Source of the DNA: the human T2T-CHM13v2.0 reference genome, Homo sapiens
Direction: 5' to 3' (one strand)
Length of the DNA: 64,000 bases
NCBI RefSeq assembly: GCF_009914755.1
Contig: NC_060928.1
Below, one piece after another: positions 32,012 to 43,774 of this stretch. The stretch's first letter is position 1. Every line of letters starts with the position of its first letter. A program made the translations under genes and the position numbers. The notes under the pieces were generated by a model. That model searched no databases. It worked only from the letters and a program-made list of their open reading frames with translations, and was not told where the DNA came from.

Positions 32012-32980
32012 TTATCGGCATACGAAAGTCTACTTATTTCTGTATGTTGATTTTGTATCCTGCAACTTTACTGTACTCATCTATCAGTTCTGGGAGATTT
32101 TTGGTGAAGTCTAGGTTTTCCTATTTATAAGATCATGTTATCTACAAACAGGAACAATCTGGCTTCCTCTTTTCCAATTTGGATGCCCTTTATTTCTCTC
32201 TCTGGGCTAATTGCACTGGCTAGGACTTCTAATAGTATGTTGAATAATAGTAGTGAAAATGAGCAGCTTTGTCTTGTTCCAGTTCTTAGAGGAAAGCCTT
32301 TCAACTTTTCACCATTCAGTATGAAGTTTGCTCTGCGTTTGTCATATATGGCCTTTATTTTGTTGACATAGTCCTTTGATACCTAATTTACTGTGTTTTT
32401 TAAATTATGAAGGGATGTCAAATTTTAACAAATGCTTTTTTGTTGTGTCTATTTAGATGATCATTTGGGTTTTTCATTCTCGCTTCCCTGGGTTAAATTC
32501 CACTTGATCTTGGTGGATAATCTTCTTGATGTACTGTTGGCTTTGGTTTGCTAGTGTTTTGTTAAGTATTTTTGCATCTATGTTAATCAGGGGTATTGGC
32601 TTGTAGTTTTCTTTTTTGTTGTACCCTTGTCTGATCTTGGTATCAAGGTAATGCTGGCCTTATAGAATGAGCTTGAAATAACGTCTTTCTCTTCAATTTT
32701 TTTGCTATAGTTTGAGAAGAATTGATGGTAGTTTTTTTACAGGTTTGGTAGAATTTGGCAGTGAAGCCATGTGGTCCTGGGCCTTTTTTTTCCTTGGGAG
32801 ACTTTTTATTTCTGATTCAATGTCGTTATTTACTATTCTACTGTTTAGGTTTCCTTTTTGGTTCAATTTTGGTAGGCTATATGTGTCCAGTGTTTATCCA
32901 TTTTCTCTTGATTTTCCAATTTGTGGCATATAACTATTCATAATAGTCTCTGCTAATTCTTTGTACTTCTATGGTATTAA
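32012..32980 (-). mobile_element. L1 ORF2 (RT region) fragment, antisense
   Basis: tgtatgttgattttgtatcctgcaacttta; ttcctcttttccaatttggatgccc; aaatgctttt...tctatttagatgatcat. Confidence 0.9.
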
Positions 32981-33552
32981 TGTCAATCAACACATAAATG
33001 GATTTAAAAAGGGGTATATATACACAATGAAAACTCTTTTGTTACCAGACAAAATGAAATCCTGCCATTTGCTGCAATAAAGATGAGCCTGGAGGACATT
33101 ATGTTAAGTGAAATAAGTTAGGCACAGAAAGACAAATACTGTCTATTCTCACTCATATGTGAGAGCTAAAAAGTTGCTCTAACAAGTATTCTACCCCATA
33201 TTAGAGGGTAGAATACTGGTTACTAGAGGCTAGGAAGAAGAGGGAGGAGGAGAGGTATAAAAAGGATGGTTAGCAGATACAAAATTATAGCTAAACAGAA
33301 GCGATAAATTCTAGTTTTCTATGGTACTGTAGGGTGACCATAGTTAACACTAATGTATAATTTATCTTTAAAGGGCAAGAGGAAAGGATTTTGAATATGT
33401 CCAATACAGAGAAATGATAAATGTTTGAGGTGATGCATATGCTAATTACTCTGAATTTGATCATTACACATTGAATGTATCTATTGAAATGTCACTCTGT
33501 ACCCCATAAATATGTATAATTATTATATGTCAATTAAAATAAAATTTTAAAA
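32981..33552 (+). mobile_element. L1MA-type 3' end
   Basis: gaggacattatgttaagtgaaataag...cacagaaagacaaatac...gaggtgatgcatatgctaattac...ctgtaccccataaatatgtataattattatatgtcaattaaaa. Confidence 0.9.
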
Positions 33553-33637
33553 AGTTCTTTATTTGCTAAATTCTGTGGCTATATGAATCCTTCGTAGTGC
33601 CCATCTGGCTATTTTGTTCTGTTAGAGTCTGTTAAGA

Positions 33638-33830
33638 ACAGAGGTTTGCAAACTTTAGCATGCATAAGAAACTCCTGTGCAACTTCAAATTTGCAGAAAT
33701 GAAGATCATAAGTCATATCCTTAGAGATTCTGATTGAGTGGGCACAAGTGTGGATCCAAAATTATTTTAATGAATATCTAGTTCATTCTGATACAGGTCA
33801 TTTGTAGTTCATGCGTATAAAATGTGGACT
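33638..33830. mobile_element. MER5A/B-like hAT-Charlie element
   Basis: caaactttagcatgcataagaa...cttagagattctgattgagtggg...ttctgatacagg. Confidence 0.6.
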
Positions 33831-34539
33831 TCAAAGATTATTTTCCCTTACCTCTCTCTTGATAATTAATACTTATCAGTGCCTCTTTGGGAAACTTTTT
33901 TAATACTACCATGTCTCCCCTCCCTTTTAGTGTCAGAAATCATTTTGTGCCTGTTTATTTACATCTTTAATGCTAAAACATATTTTGATTAAATAAACAA
34001 ACTGATGAAAGTGTGTATGGTGCTGTTTTCCCCCTGAGCGCTAAACCTAAATATCTCACAGAGATCATTAATTTAAAATATATATAACCAAGCCAAACTC
34101 AATATGAGTTTCCTTCTAATAACTGCCAATTTGTCAACACCATTACCCATGAAATAGGGTTCAGGCCAAGGTTAGAAATAAGAGAAATGGGTGACTACCT
34201 ACCTGGATAAGGAGAAAGAAAACAGAGCTGAGTACATACATGGTCAAAATGGAGTCAGCTAACAAAGATAGCACATCCTAGCCAGTTGGGGGCAATCTAA
34301 ATCAATCTCAGCAGGAGTCACATGAAAGGTACAGTCTTGTGGTGGGACACCTTGGAAAGGACTGTGGCTCTCACAAAATATCTTTTCTGGGCTGGATCTG
34401 ACTTCAGTGTAAAACACATACTACCTTTCCAGTTCTATCACTAACTATATCCACAGTAGATGTCCTATCTTTAGGCACTTCATATTAAAATTCTTACCAG
34501 TATTTAAAAACAGTGTGATATTTTATAACTCAGTGAGGC

Positions 34540-34760
34540 AGGTTGATTAATTAAATAGACCTGGATTTAACTGCTGGCTCAGCTAATTGTATAGAATCTC
34601 TAGAAACTTACCTCAACTGTCTGAACCATCTTTTTCCTACGCCATAAAGATTGACAGTGTCACCCACTTCATAGCACTATAGATTAACATTTAACTTCTT
34701 GTGATATGACATAACATATAACCACTGGTACAGAATTCAAGATTACTAGTATTATTAGTT
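34540..34760 (+). mobile_element. MIR
   Basis: agacctggatttaactgctggctcagc...acttacctcaactgtctgaacc MIR core. Confidence 0.6.
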
Positions 34761-35004
34761 ACGACAGTTAAACTTGCACAAAATAATAATTAGTTCTCTA
34801 GTTCCTTCAGTTTATCTTCATTTTCTATTTCTTCTATTATCTTCAAGTTTAAATGTGGTATTTTAAATATAAATAATAAAAAAGTATGATTCATGTTTAT
34901 AAAATTATTCCATATATATGTTTGAAGGATGTCTAGACTAATATATTATTCTAATACTACCAAGAGTTATTTCTGCATCATGAATTTGGGGTGACATTAC
35001 AAAA

Positions 35005-36210
35005 TATTTTATTTTGAGATAATTGGGATTCACATACATTTATAAGAAATAATACAAAGAGAACCAACATGACCTTCACCCACTTCACTCCAATGACAAT
35101 ACTTTGCACAGCAACAGCAAAATGTCACAACCAGAAAATAGGTATTGATATAATCCATTGATTTTACTGAGACTCTATCAGTTTTATGTGCCCTTATTTG
35201 TGTGTGTGTATATTTGGTTCTATACAATTTCATCACATGAATAAATTCATATTACCATTATCACAGACAAAAACCAGGAAAATTCTGTAATCACAAGATT
35301 CATTGTATTGCCATTTTATAACTGCCCTCATGTCTATGCTCACCATCCCTCATAGCTTTATATATTTTATTTATTTATTTATTTTTTATTTTTTACTTTT
35401 TTTATTTTTATTTATTTTTTTTAATTTTTTTTATTATGTTTTAAGTTTTAGGGTACATGTGCACATTGTGCAGGTTAGTTACATACGCATACATGCGCCA
35501 TGCTGGTGTGCTGCACCCACTAACTCGTCATCTAGCATTAGGTATATCTCCCAATGCTATCCCTCCCTCCTTCCCCCATCCCACAACAGTCCCCAGAGTG
35601 TGATGTTCCCCTTCCTGTGTCCATCCCTCATAGCTTTAATCTGTTCTCTATTTCTATAAATATTCTCAGTTTAAAATTGTTACATTATTAGAATTATACT
35701 TTCCTGAGATTGGCTTTCAGGATTGGCTTTTTACCCACTCAGCATAATTTCCTGGAGATTCATCCAAAATGTAGTTTTGTTTATTGTTGCTGTTGTTATT
35801 ATTTGTTTTAATAAATGCTGGGTAATAGTCCATGATTTGAATAGACTACAGTTAAATCAACCACTTACCTATTGTATGGCATTTGAATTGTTTACACTCT
35901 GACTACTACAAATAAGCTCCTATGAACATTAATGTCTAGGTATGTGTGTGAACATAAGTTTTCAATTTGAGAAATACAAAGAATTAAATTGCTGAGCCAT
36001 TAGGTACCTGCATGTTTAGTTTTGTAAGAAATTGTTTTCTGGAGTGGCTGTACCATTTTACATTCCATACATAGCAGCAAAACGTAGCAGCAATCCAGTT
36101 TCCCCACAGTATCACCAAAATTTAGTGTTGTCATTACTTTTTATTTTAGTTTTTGCTATAGATGCAAAGAGTTATCTCATTATTATTTTAATTTGCATTT
36201 ACCAAATAGC
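35005..36210 (-). mobile_element. Old L1 (L1MB/ME-like) 3' portion, antisense; host of the young L1
   Basis: ttttattttgagataattg...cactcagcataatttcctggagattcatcca...gtggctgtaccattttacattcc...attttaatttgcattt. Confidence 0.8.
35361..35620 (-). mobile_element. Short young L1 3' end (L1PA2-type)
   Basis: About 75-nt interrupted poly(T) plus about 185 nt of 3' UTR reading gcattgggagatatacctaatgctagatgacgagttagtggg on the minus strand; perfect 18-bp TSD ccatccctcatagcttta (35343-35360 / 35621-35638). Confidence 0.95.
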
Positions 36211-36284
36211 TCTCCAAGATGTGGGGCAGAACAATGGGTAGTGATGAAGATTAAAAGCTGTCAGGAAACATTAAAAATGGAGAG

Positions 36285-38445
36285 TTCACAGAGGACATTC
36301 TCATCTATGTAGAAAATCTAAAAGAATCAACAGAAATTTCTGTAACTAGTAAGCAATTATAACATGGTTGCAAATACCAGGTTAGCATACAGAAATTAAT
36401 CACTTTAGGGGTTCTATATACCAGCAATGAACATGTGGCATTTGAAACAAAAAACACAATACCATTTGTATTAGCATTCCCCAAACTGAAATGCTCAGGT
36501 ATAAATTTAACAAAATATGTACAGAATCTATATGAAAAAAACTATAAAACTCTGATGAAATCAAGAACAAAATAATGAAGAAATATTCCATTATTCATAG
36601 AGAAGGAGGCTTAGGATGGTCAAGATGTCAGTTTTTCCCAACTTGATCTATAGGTTCAATGCTATCCCAGTCAAAACCCCAGCAAGTTATTTTGTGGATA
36701 TTGACAAACTATTTTTAAAATTTACCTGGAGAGTCAAAACCCAGTATGGTCAATACAGATTGAGAGAAAACTATCAGAGGACTGATACTATCCGACTTCA
36801 AAACTTACTAATAAAGATGGTAATGAAGACAATGCGGTATTGGCAAAAGAATAGACAAATGTACCAAATATACCAATGGCACAGAATAGAGAAATCATAA
36901 ATAGACCCACATAAGTATGATAAACTAATCATTGACAGAGAAACAAAGAAAATACAATAGAACAAGATTGTCTTTTCAACAAATGATGTTGGAACCACTG
37001 GACATCCACATGTGAAAAAAAAATGAATCTGGACACAGATCTTGCACTCTTTATGAAAAATAACTCAAAATAGATCATAGACCTAAATGTAAAATGTGAA
37101 AATATAAAACTCCTAGAGGATGACACAGGAGAATACCTAGATGACCTTGGATATGGTGATGACTTTGTGGATACAACACCGAAGGCATGATGTACGGAAG
37201 AAGTAATGAATACACCGTATTTATTAAAATTAAAACCTCTGCTTTTTGAAAGACAACATCAAGGGAATGAGACGACAAGCCCCAGACTTGGAGAAAATAT
37301 TTGCAAAATACACATCTGATAAAGAACTCTTACACAAAATACACAAAGAACTCTTAAATCTCAACCGTACGAAAACCTACAAGCTGATTTCAAAAATGAG
37401 CCAAAAACCTTTAACAGACACTTAACCAAAGAAGATGTAAAGGTAGCAAATAAGCATATGAAAAGGTACTCCACATCATACATCATCAGGAAAATGTAAA
37501 TTAAAATAATGAAATACACTCCCATTAAAATGGTCACAAACCAGAATACTTTCAGCAAATGCTTGCTAGGATGTGGCACAATAGAAACTCCCATTCATCG
37601 CTGGTGGAAATGCAAGATGGTACAGCCACTTTGGAGGACAGTTTGCTACTCTTTTACAAAGCTAAACATATTCTTGCCAAACAATCCAGAAGTAATACTC
37701 CTTGGTATTTACTCAAGGGAGGTGAAGACTTTTGTTCACACAAATGCCTGCATGTGAGTGTTTATAGCAGCTTTATTTATAATTGCTAAAACTTGGAAAA
37801 AACTAAGATATTCTTCAATAGGTGAATGAATAAATTGTGGTTCATCTGGACAAAGTATTATTATTCAGTGCTAAAAGTAAATTAGATAAAGCACCACGGA
37901 ATGACATGGAAGATGCTTAAATGCTTATTGTTCAGGAAAGAAACCAATCGTAAAAGACTATATATTGTATTATTCCCAATATATGATATTCTGGAAAAGG
38001 CAAAACTATGCAGACAGTAAAACAAAAGATCAGTGATTGCCAGGGCTTGAGGATGAAGGATAGGTGAGTAGACAGAGCACAGCAGGCAGTGAAAATACTG
38101 TATATGCAGAGTATATACAGAGAAAATCTTCTGTATTTACAGTATTTTCACTGCCCTGGAAATCTGGACAAACATATAATGGATACATGCCATTATACGT
38201 TTGTCCAAAACCATAGAATATTCAACCCCTAGAGTGAACCCTAAGGTAAACCGTGGACTTTGGGTACTCATGGTGTCAATGTAGATTCACTAATTATAAC
38301 AAGTACACCACTCTGTTTGAAATGTTTTAATGAATGAGATTATGCATGTGTTGGGGTTGTGGTATATGGGAAACCTCCGGACCTTCGTTCCAATTTTTCT
38401 GTGAACCTAAAACTGCTCTAGAAAACAGCCTTGAAAAAATAAAAA
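36285..38445 (+). mobile_element. L1MC1/2-like LINE-1, 5'-truncated
   Basis: ORF2 remnant (MSVFPNLIYRFNAIPVK at 36616-36900) and L1MC 3' UTR ending gtgaacctaaaactgctctag. Confidence 0.9.
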
Positions 38446-38449
38446 GTAG

Positions 38450-39400
38450 GTCTGCAAGTGATAATTTTAAAAACATTTCTTTAATTTGAGAGTATCTTTA
38501 TTTTCTCTTCATTCCTAAAGAATATATTAACTGGAGGTAGAATTTATAGTTAACAGTTAACTTTTTTCAGGACTTGAAAAACATTGTTCCACTTCCTTCT
38601 GGCCTCTATATTTTTTTTTATAAGAAACCCATTTTCTTTTACCTTGATGTTCTTCTATTAGTAATCCATTTTTCCCTCTGGCTGCTTTGAAGATTTCACC
38701 TTTGTCTTTAGTTTTTAGAAGTATGATATGTTTTGGTATGGAATTTTTTGGATTTATTCTACTTGGGGTTCATTTAGCTTCTGGAATATATATGGTTTTG
38801 TCTTTCGCAAAATTTAGGAACTTTTTTACCCATTATTTCTTTGAATACCGTTCAGTCCCACATTCCTCCTCTTCTTTCTTGAACCCTAAGGATAGAGATA
38901 TTTGAATTTTGCTATTTTCCTATTGGTTTTTAGATGTTCATTCATTTTTATTTTCAGTATATTTTCTCAATTTTTTTGATTTAATGCATTTTATTGATCT
39001 ATTCTCAACTTCACTGATTCTGTCATTGTCTTATTACCTTTGATCTCTTCCAATGAGCTTTTAAGTTATCATATTTTGTTTTTAATTTCTATTTGGTTTA
39101 GTTTTATAAATAATGTATTTGCCGACATTTCCCACTTTTTACTTGTCCCAAATACATGCTTAATTATTTGTTGAATTAATTTAAGATTGTTGCTTTAAAA
39201 TCATTGTCAGATAGCACTAATATCTGATTCATCTAGGTATTTGTGCCAATTGATTTACTTTTGTTATGTTGTGCTTTACTTGGATCTTGGTATGACAACA
39301 GATTTTCAATTGTATCTTGTGTATTTCAAATATTATGTTAGGAGACGTTTAGTTCTATATAAATCTATTTTACCCGGCACTCACCTTGTTTAGTTTTATC
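38450..39400 (-). mobile_element. Ancient L1M(E) fragment, antisense
   Basis: ttgttccacttccttctggcctc; ctctggctgctttgaagattt; caacttcactgattct. Confidence 0.65.
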
Positions 39401-39472
39401 ATGTGGGTTCCAGCACTTTCACTCACTCCACCATGTAACTGCTGGGGACAGATTCAGATCCAACAACACTAG

Positions 39473-40408
39473 TGTGTCCAGAATTGGTTCCTTGTGGTAG
39501 GTTCTTGGTCTCACTGACTTCAAGAATGAAGCCGCAGACCCTCGCAGTGAGTTACAGTTCTTAAAGATGGTGTGCCGGGACTTTGTTCCTCCAGAGGTTT
39601 AGAGGTGTCCAGAGTTTTTTCCCTCTGGTGGGTTCATGGTCTTGCTAACTTCATGAGTGAAGCCACAGACCTTCGCAGTGAGTGTTACAGCTCTTAAAGG
39701 TGGCGCGTCTGGAGTTGTTCATTCCCCCCCATGGGTTCATGGTCTCGTTGACTTCAAGAATGAAGCCCCAGACTTTCGCAGTGGGTGTTACAGCTCTTAA
39801 AAGTGGCGTGTCCGGAGTTGCTTGTTCCTCCCGGTGGGTTCTTGTTCTTCGCACTGCATTCGTGGTTGGTCTCCCTGGCTACAGGAGTGAAACCGTACAC
39901 CTTCGCAGTGAGTGTTACAGCTCATAAAGGTACTGCGGACCCAAAGAGAGAGCAGCAGCAAGATTTACTGCAAAGAGCGAAAGAACAATGCTCACACAGC
40001 ATGGAAGAAAACCTGAGCAGGTTGCTGTTGCTGTTGCTAGCTGGGTGGCCTGCTTTTATTCCCTTATTTGGCCCCACCCACATCCTGCTGATTGGTCCAT
40101 TTTACAGAGAGCTGAATGGTCTGTTTTACAGAGAGCTGATTGGTCCGTTTTGACAGAGTGCTGACTGGTGCGTTTACAAACCTTTAGCTAGACACAGAGG
40201 GCTGATTGGTGCATTTACAATCCTTTAGCTAGACACTGAAGTTCTCCAAGTCCCCACCCGATTAGCTAGACACAGAGTGCTCGTTGGTGCCTTTACAAAC
40301 CTTTAGCCAGACACAGAGTGCTGATTGGTGCGTTTACAATCCTTTAGCTAGACAGAAAAGTTCCCCAAGTCCCCACCCGACCCAGAGCCCAGACAGCTTC
40401 ACCTCTCA
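39473..40408 (-). mobile_element. LTR12 (HERV9) solo LTR, complete, 936 bp
   Basis: Minus strand runs TGAGAGGTGAAGC...ACCAATTCTGGACACA; perfect 4-bp TSD ctag (39469-39472 / 40409-40412); U3 gctgattggt/ctttagctagacacaga repeats and U5 tandem repeats (cttcgcagtgagtgttacagctcttaaa). Confidence 0.96.
40030..40335 (-). promoter_or_regulatory. LTR12 U3 enhancer/promoter: CCAAT (NF-Y) box array and AATAAA-type TATA element
   Basis: Four intact ctgattggt (ACCAATCAG on the minus strand) near 40088, 40136, 40202 and 40321, plus degenerate copies; GGGAATAAAAG on the minus strand at about 40053-40063. Activity of this copy is not shown. Confidence 0.6.
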
Positions 40409-42710
40409 CTAGCAGGTGTGAGGTGGAGATGGTTTAGTTGAGCTCACTTGGTTTCTGTAGGTAGATCAGGTGACCACTGTTGATTGGCATGTGGTGACAG
40501 ATAAGTTTTCCTGAGTAGGGTCTGTCAGTAGCACTGCTGCAATTAGATTGAATTGCTTTGGCCCGCAGATATGAGACAAGGGATCCAAACTTTGAAAGCA
40601 AAGTTCTATCTTTCAGAAAGTAATTTCTCTGGAAAGACTGCAATCAGCTAGGAAAATTAGCTACTACCACTTCTAGGATTTTATAACTTTTTATTCAAAC
40701 CTTTGATACGACATTTTATATGAGATATTTCTGTATACACGTCTTCCTGACAAAAAAATAATATGTAGCTAATAGATGCTTTTTGAATGAATGACTCTAG
40801 GTTGTTATATCGATTTCAGAACTTTTCTATCCAGTATTTTTCCTTGTGCCTTTTGTTCCACCCCTGCCATTGGTATTATGTGGTAAATCAAAATAGCTTT
40901 CGAACCACTTGAAAAGTACTGTGAAAATACAGAACTATTTTAAGCCAGGATGTTTGTTTTAAAGCCTAATATTAAACTGTCTACAGTCTAATTTCCTAAT
41001 TTGAGGGAAAAAGTGGCAGTAATAGAACCCTTCTTCTCAAAGGGTCAAATTAATATTTTAGAAACCTTAAGGTCCTAAAATAAAAGCCTCTAAAAAATAG
41101 CAAATATACAGTGTTGCTTTCCTTTCTGTTATTTTACGCTGTGAGAATTCTGAATGGAATGCATTGCATTTGTTAGAAACACAAAAATGTATTTATCATA
41201 TTTCTCACGACACAAATATGATAGATTGGAAGAGCTTAGTTTTTATTAAAATAAATCACAAGTCTTTCCATGTTGTTTTTATACAGCTAAAGAAGAATAA
41301 GCAGAGTTTTCTAATTTAGAGTTTGCTAATGTAGTCCCACTTAAAACTGTAAGACTACAGTAACAAATAAATTTTAACATAGTACATATTATATGAATTA
41401 TTAATGTTTGTTATTACATAATTAATTAGAGCAAACCAGACGCTTATTAGAGGTTCCCTTCCTTTGAGTTTATGCACTATTTTGTTTATAACTCTCTTTT
41501 GCCATTTCTAATATTCCCTATAAATCATAAATGATTCATGTTACCCTCTATTATCTCCTTCATAATTATTCAAACAAAACTACAGAGTGAAACTATCCTC
41601 ATGCCACTCTTTTCCTTCCTCTGCACCAAGAGCATCCGTTTTCTCTTTTCATTGGAATGATTTCGGAAAAATGTAAAAGAGTGAGATAAAGCATGTGACA
41701 AAAATTACAGTTTTCAAGATGCTAAATGCTAGTGACACCTTCCTAAATTTATCCCTTGGGATTCTGGGACTTTGCTCTTGGTTACTTAAAAAAAATGTAC
41801 AGGCTAGGAAAGGGTCTCCTTTCCTTATCCTAATAGAAGGGATTCCATTTGAAATCATCTTAAACTATTGGTGTCTTTTTCCAGCTAGTGTCTGCATGGA
41901 AACTTGCTTCTCCATGGGCCACCAAAGTTCCCAAGTAATTAGACTTTTTACTATACCTGTCAAAATGTAGAATGTAAACACAGGCTGTCTGGCATCTCAG
42001 TATTCCTTCATAGACAAGGTTAATTTTAAACATCACTATTTAAGAAAAGGAGATCAGGGGTTGTTTTTTGTGGCGGAATCGAATCTCTATCCTGTAACTT
42101 CAACCCTCTGATTTTTCCATTGAATCACCTGTGTCTTTTGTAGGAGGATGAAAATTTGGGGTTCACATTTCTCCTCTTGGTAATTCTTTTTTACATTTCC
42201 CCAACAAATACTGTTTCTTTACTCAGACTGTGTGATATTATGTCATTCTCTCCAACCCCTCTTATATATTAGATGGCAGCTATATAACACTTCTATGTTT
42301 AGTTTTCTCATATCTTTTAGCCTTTATTTGAGAAAAACAAAACAAAACTCTGTATGTCTCCTACTAAACTATCAAAGAAAAGATTGCCTTTTTTTCATTT
42401 TTATGTATTAAACACCTAAGCTGAGTTAAAGAATAATTGAAGGATGGCTATATTCTCATTCCATTTTAAATTCTACATCTTTTAATTGAATTTTCCCTGA
42501 TGTATCATTGCCAAATAAATTATAACATGTTTAACACTTTAAAGGTAATGTTAAATCATTCTGTTTATTTTTTCTAAGCATATTGATATATTGTCTTTAT
42601 ATTGAATATCAAATAGTAGTAATAGCTTTAAGAAAGTTTGTTTTATATAACTTTTATCTGTATTCATCTGATTGTAACAATATTTACTTGCTAGTTTAAA
42701 CGTAGGAGAA

Positions 42711-43010
42711 TTGTGAGAATCCTTCTCTACAAAAAAATTTAAAATTTTTCCAGGGGTGGTGGTGCATGCCTGTATTCCCACCTACTCGGGAGGCTAAGGC
42801 AGGAGGATTACTTGAGCCCAGGGGTCTGAGACCTGTGTAAGCAACGTATTCAGAACCCTATCTCTACAAAATTTTTAAAAAATAGCCAGGCGTGGTGGCG
42901 CGTGCCTGTAGCCCAGCTACTCACTGAGAGTTTGAGCCTGCAGTGAACTATGATTGCACCACTGCACTCCAGCCTTAACAATAGAGCAAGATCCTGTCTC
43001 AAAAAGAACA
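42711..43010 (+). mobile_element. Atypical trimeric AluJ-like element
   Basis: Left-arm tail plus linker, a hybrid monomer plus a second linker, then an internally deleted right arm; TSD aaac(g/a)taggag (42698-42708 / 43011-43021). Confidence 0.85.
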
Positions 43011-43109
43011 AAACATAGGAGGTCTTTTATTATCTATACGCTCTACATCCAGTGATAACCACTGTAAAATTTTGTTTATCTTCCCAGTATTTTTATAGTG
43101 GTAAAAATG

Positions 43110-43205
43110 CTTTATATATAATATATATAATAATGTATGTAATATATAATATATAAAATATTATATAATTATATTGTATATATATTATATATTATATATA
43201 ATGAA
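43110..43205. repeat. (TA)-rich low-complexity tract
   Basis: Nearly pure A/T, seen directly. Confidence 0.9.
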
Positions 43206-43419
43206 TGTATGTGTGTGGATGTCTATATCTATCAATATATCTGTATGTGTGTGTGTTATCTTTCTTGTCTAAACTTCTTCCACTTATTTTTCTGAACCAG
43301 TTTGACAGTTACATACTCTATTTCTATTCTTTAAGTAATAAGTTCTAAAATTTTGCCAAAAATATTTAAATTTTAAAAAGAAAAGATGTATTTTACTTTT
43401 CTCCTGAGCAATACAAGTA

Positions 43420-43774
43420 CAGTAGTCATCCCTTACCCACAGTTTCTCTTTCTAAGATTTCTGTGGCCCAGAGTCAACTACGATCTGAAAATAGGTGAGT
43501 CCAGTAAAATAAGACATTTTGAGAGACAGAGATCATATTCATATAACTTTTATTACAGTATATTTTTATAATTTTTAAAATTTTATTACTGATTATTGTT
43601 ACCAATCTCTTACTAGGCCTAATTCATAAATTAAATTTTATTTATATATATTTTATTATATATATGATAAAAATATAGTATGTATAGAGTTCGGTACTAT
43701 GGTACTATTTTCAGGTTCAAGAATCCACTGGGTGTCTTGGAATGTATCTCCCATGGATAAGGTGGGGGCTACAG
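43420..43774 (+). mobile_element. MER44A-like non-autonomous Tigger element
   Basis: TA then cagtagtcatcccttacccacag...catggataaggtgggggctacag degenerate TIRs; internal gaaaataggtgagt...ataacttttattacagtata. Confidence 0.88.

Noticed and set aside
35303-35659. 118-aa hydrophobic ORF resembling a membrane protein
   Set aside because: The F/L/I/Y run is the translation of an antisense L1 poly(A) tail.
39651-40153. Overlapping ORFs of 67-122 aa
   Set aside because: They lie in LTR12 tandem repeats and are not gag/pol/env.
39480-40360. Regularly spaced repeats resembling an array
   Set aside because: These are the known U5 and U3 tandem repeats of LTR12.
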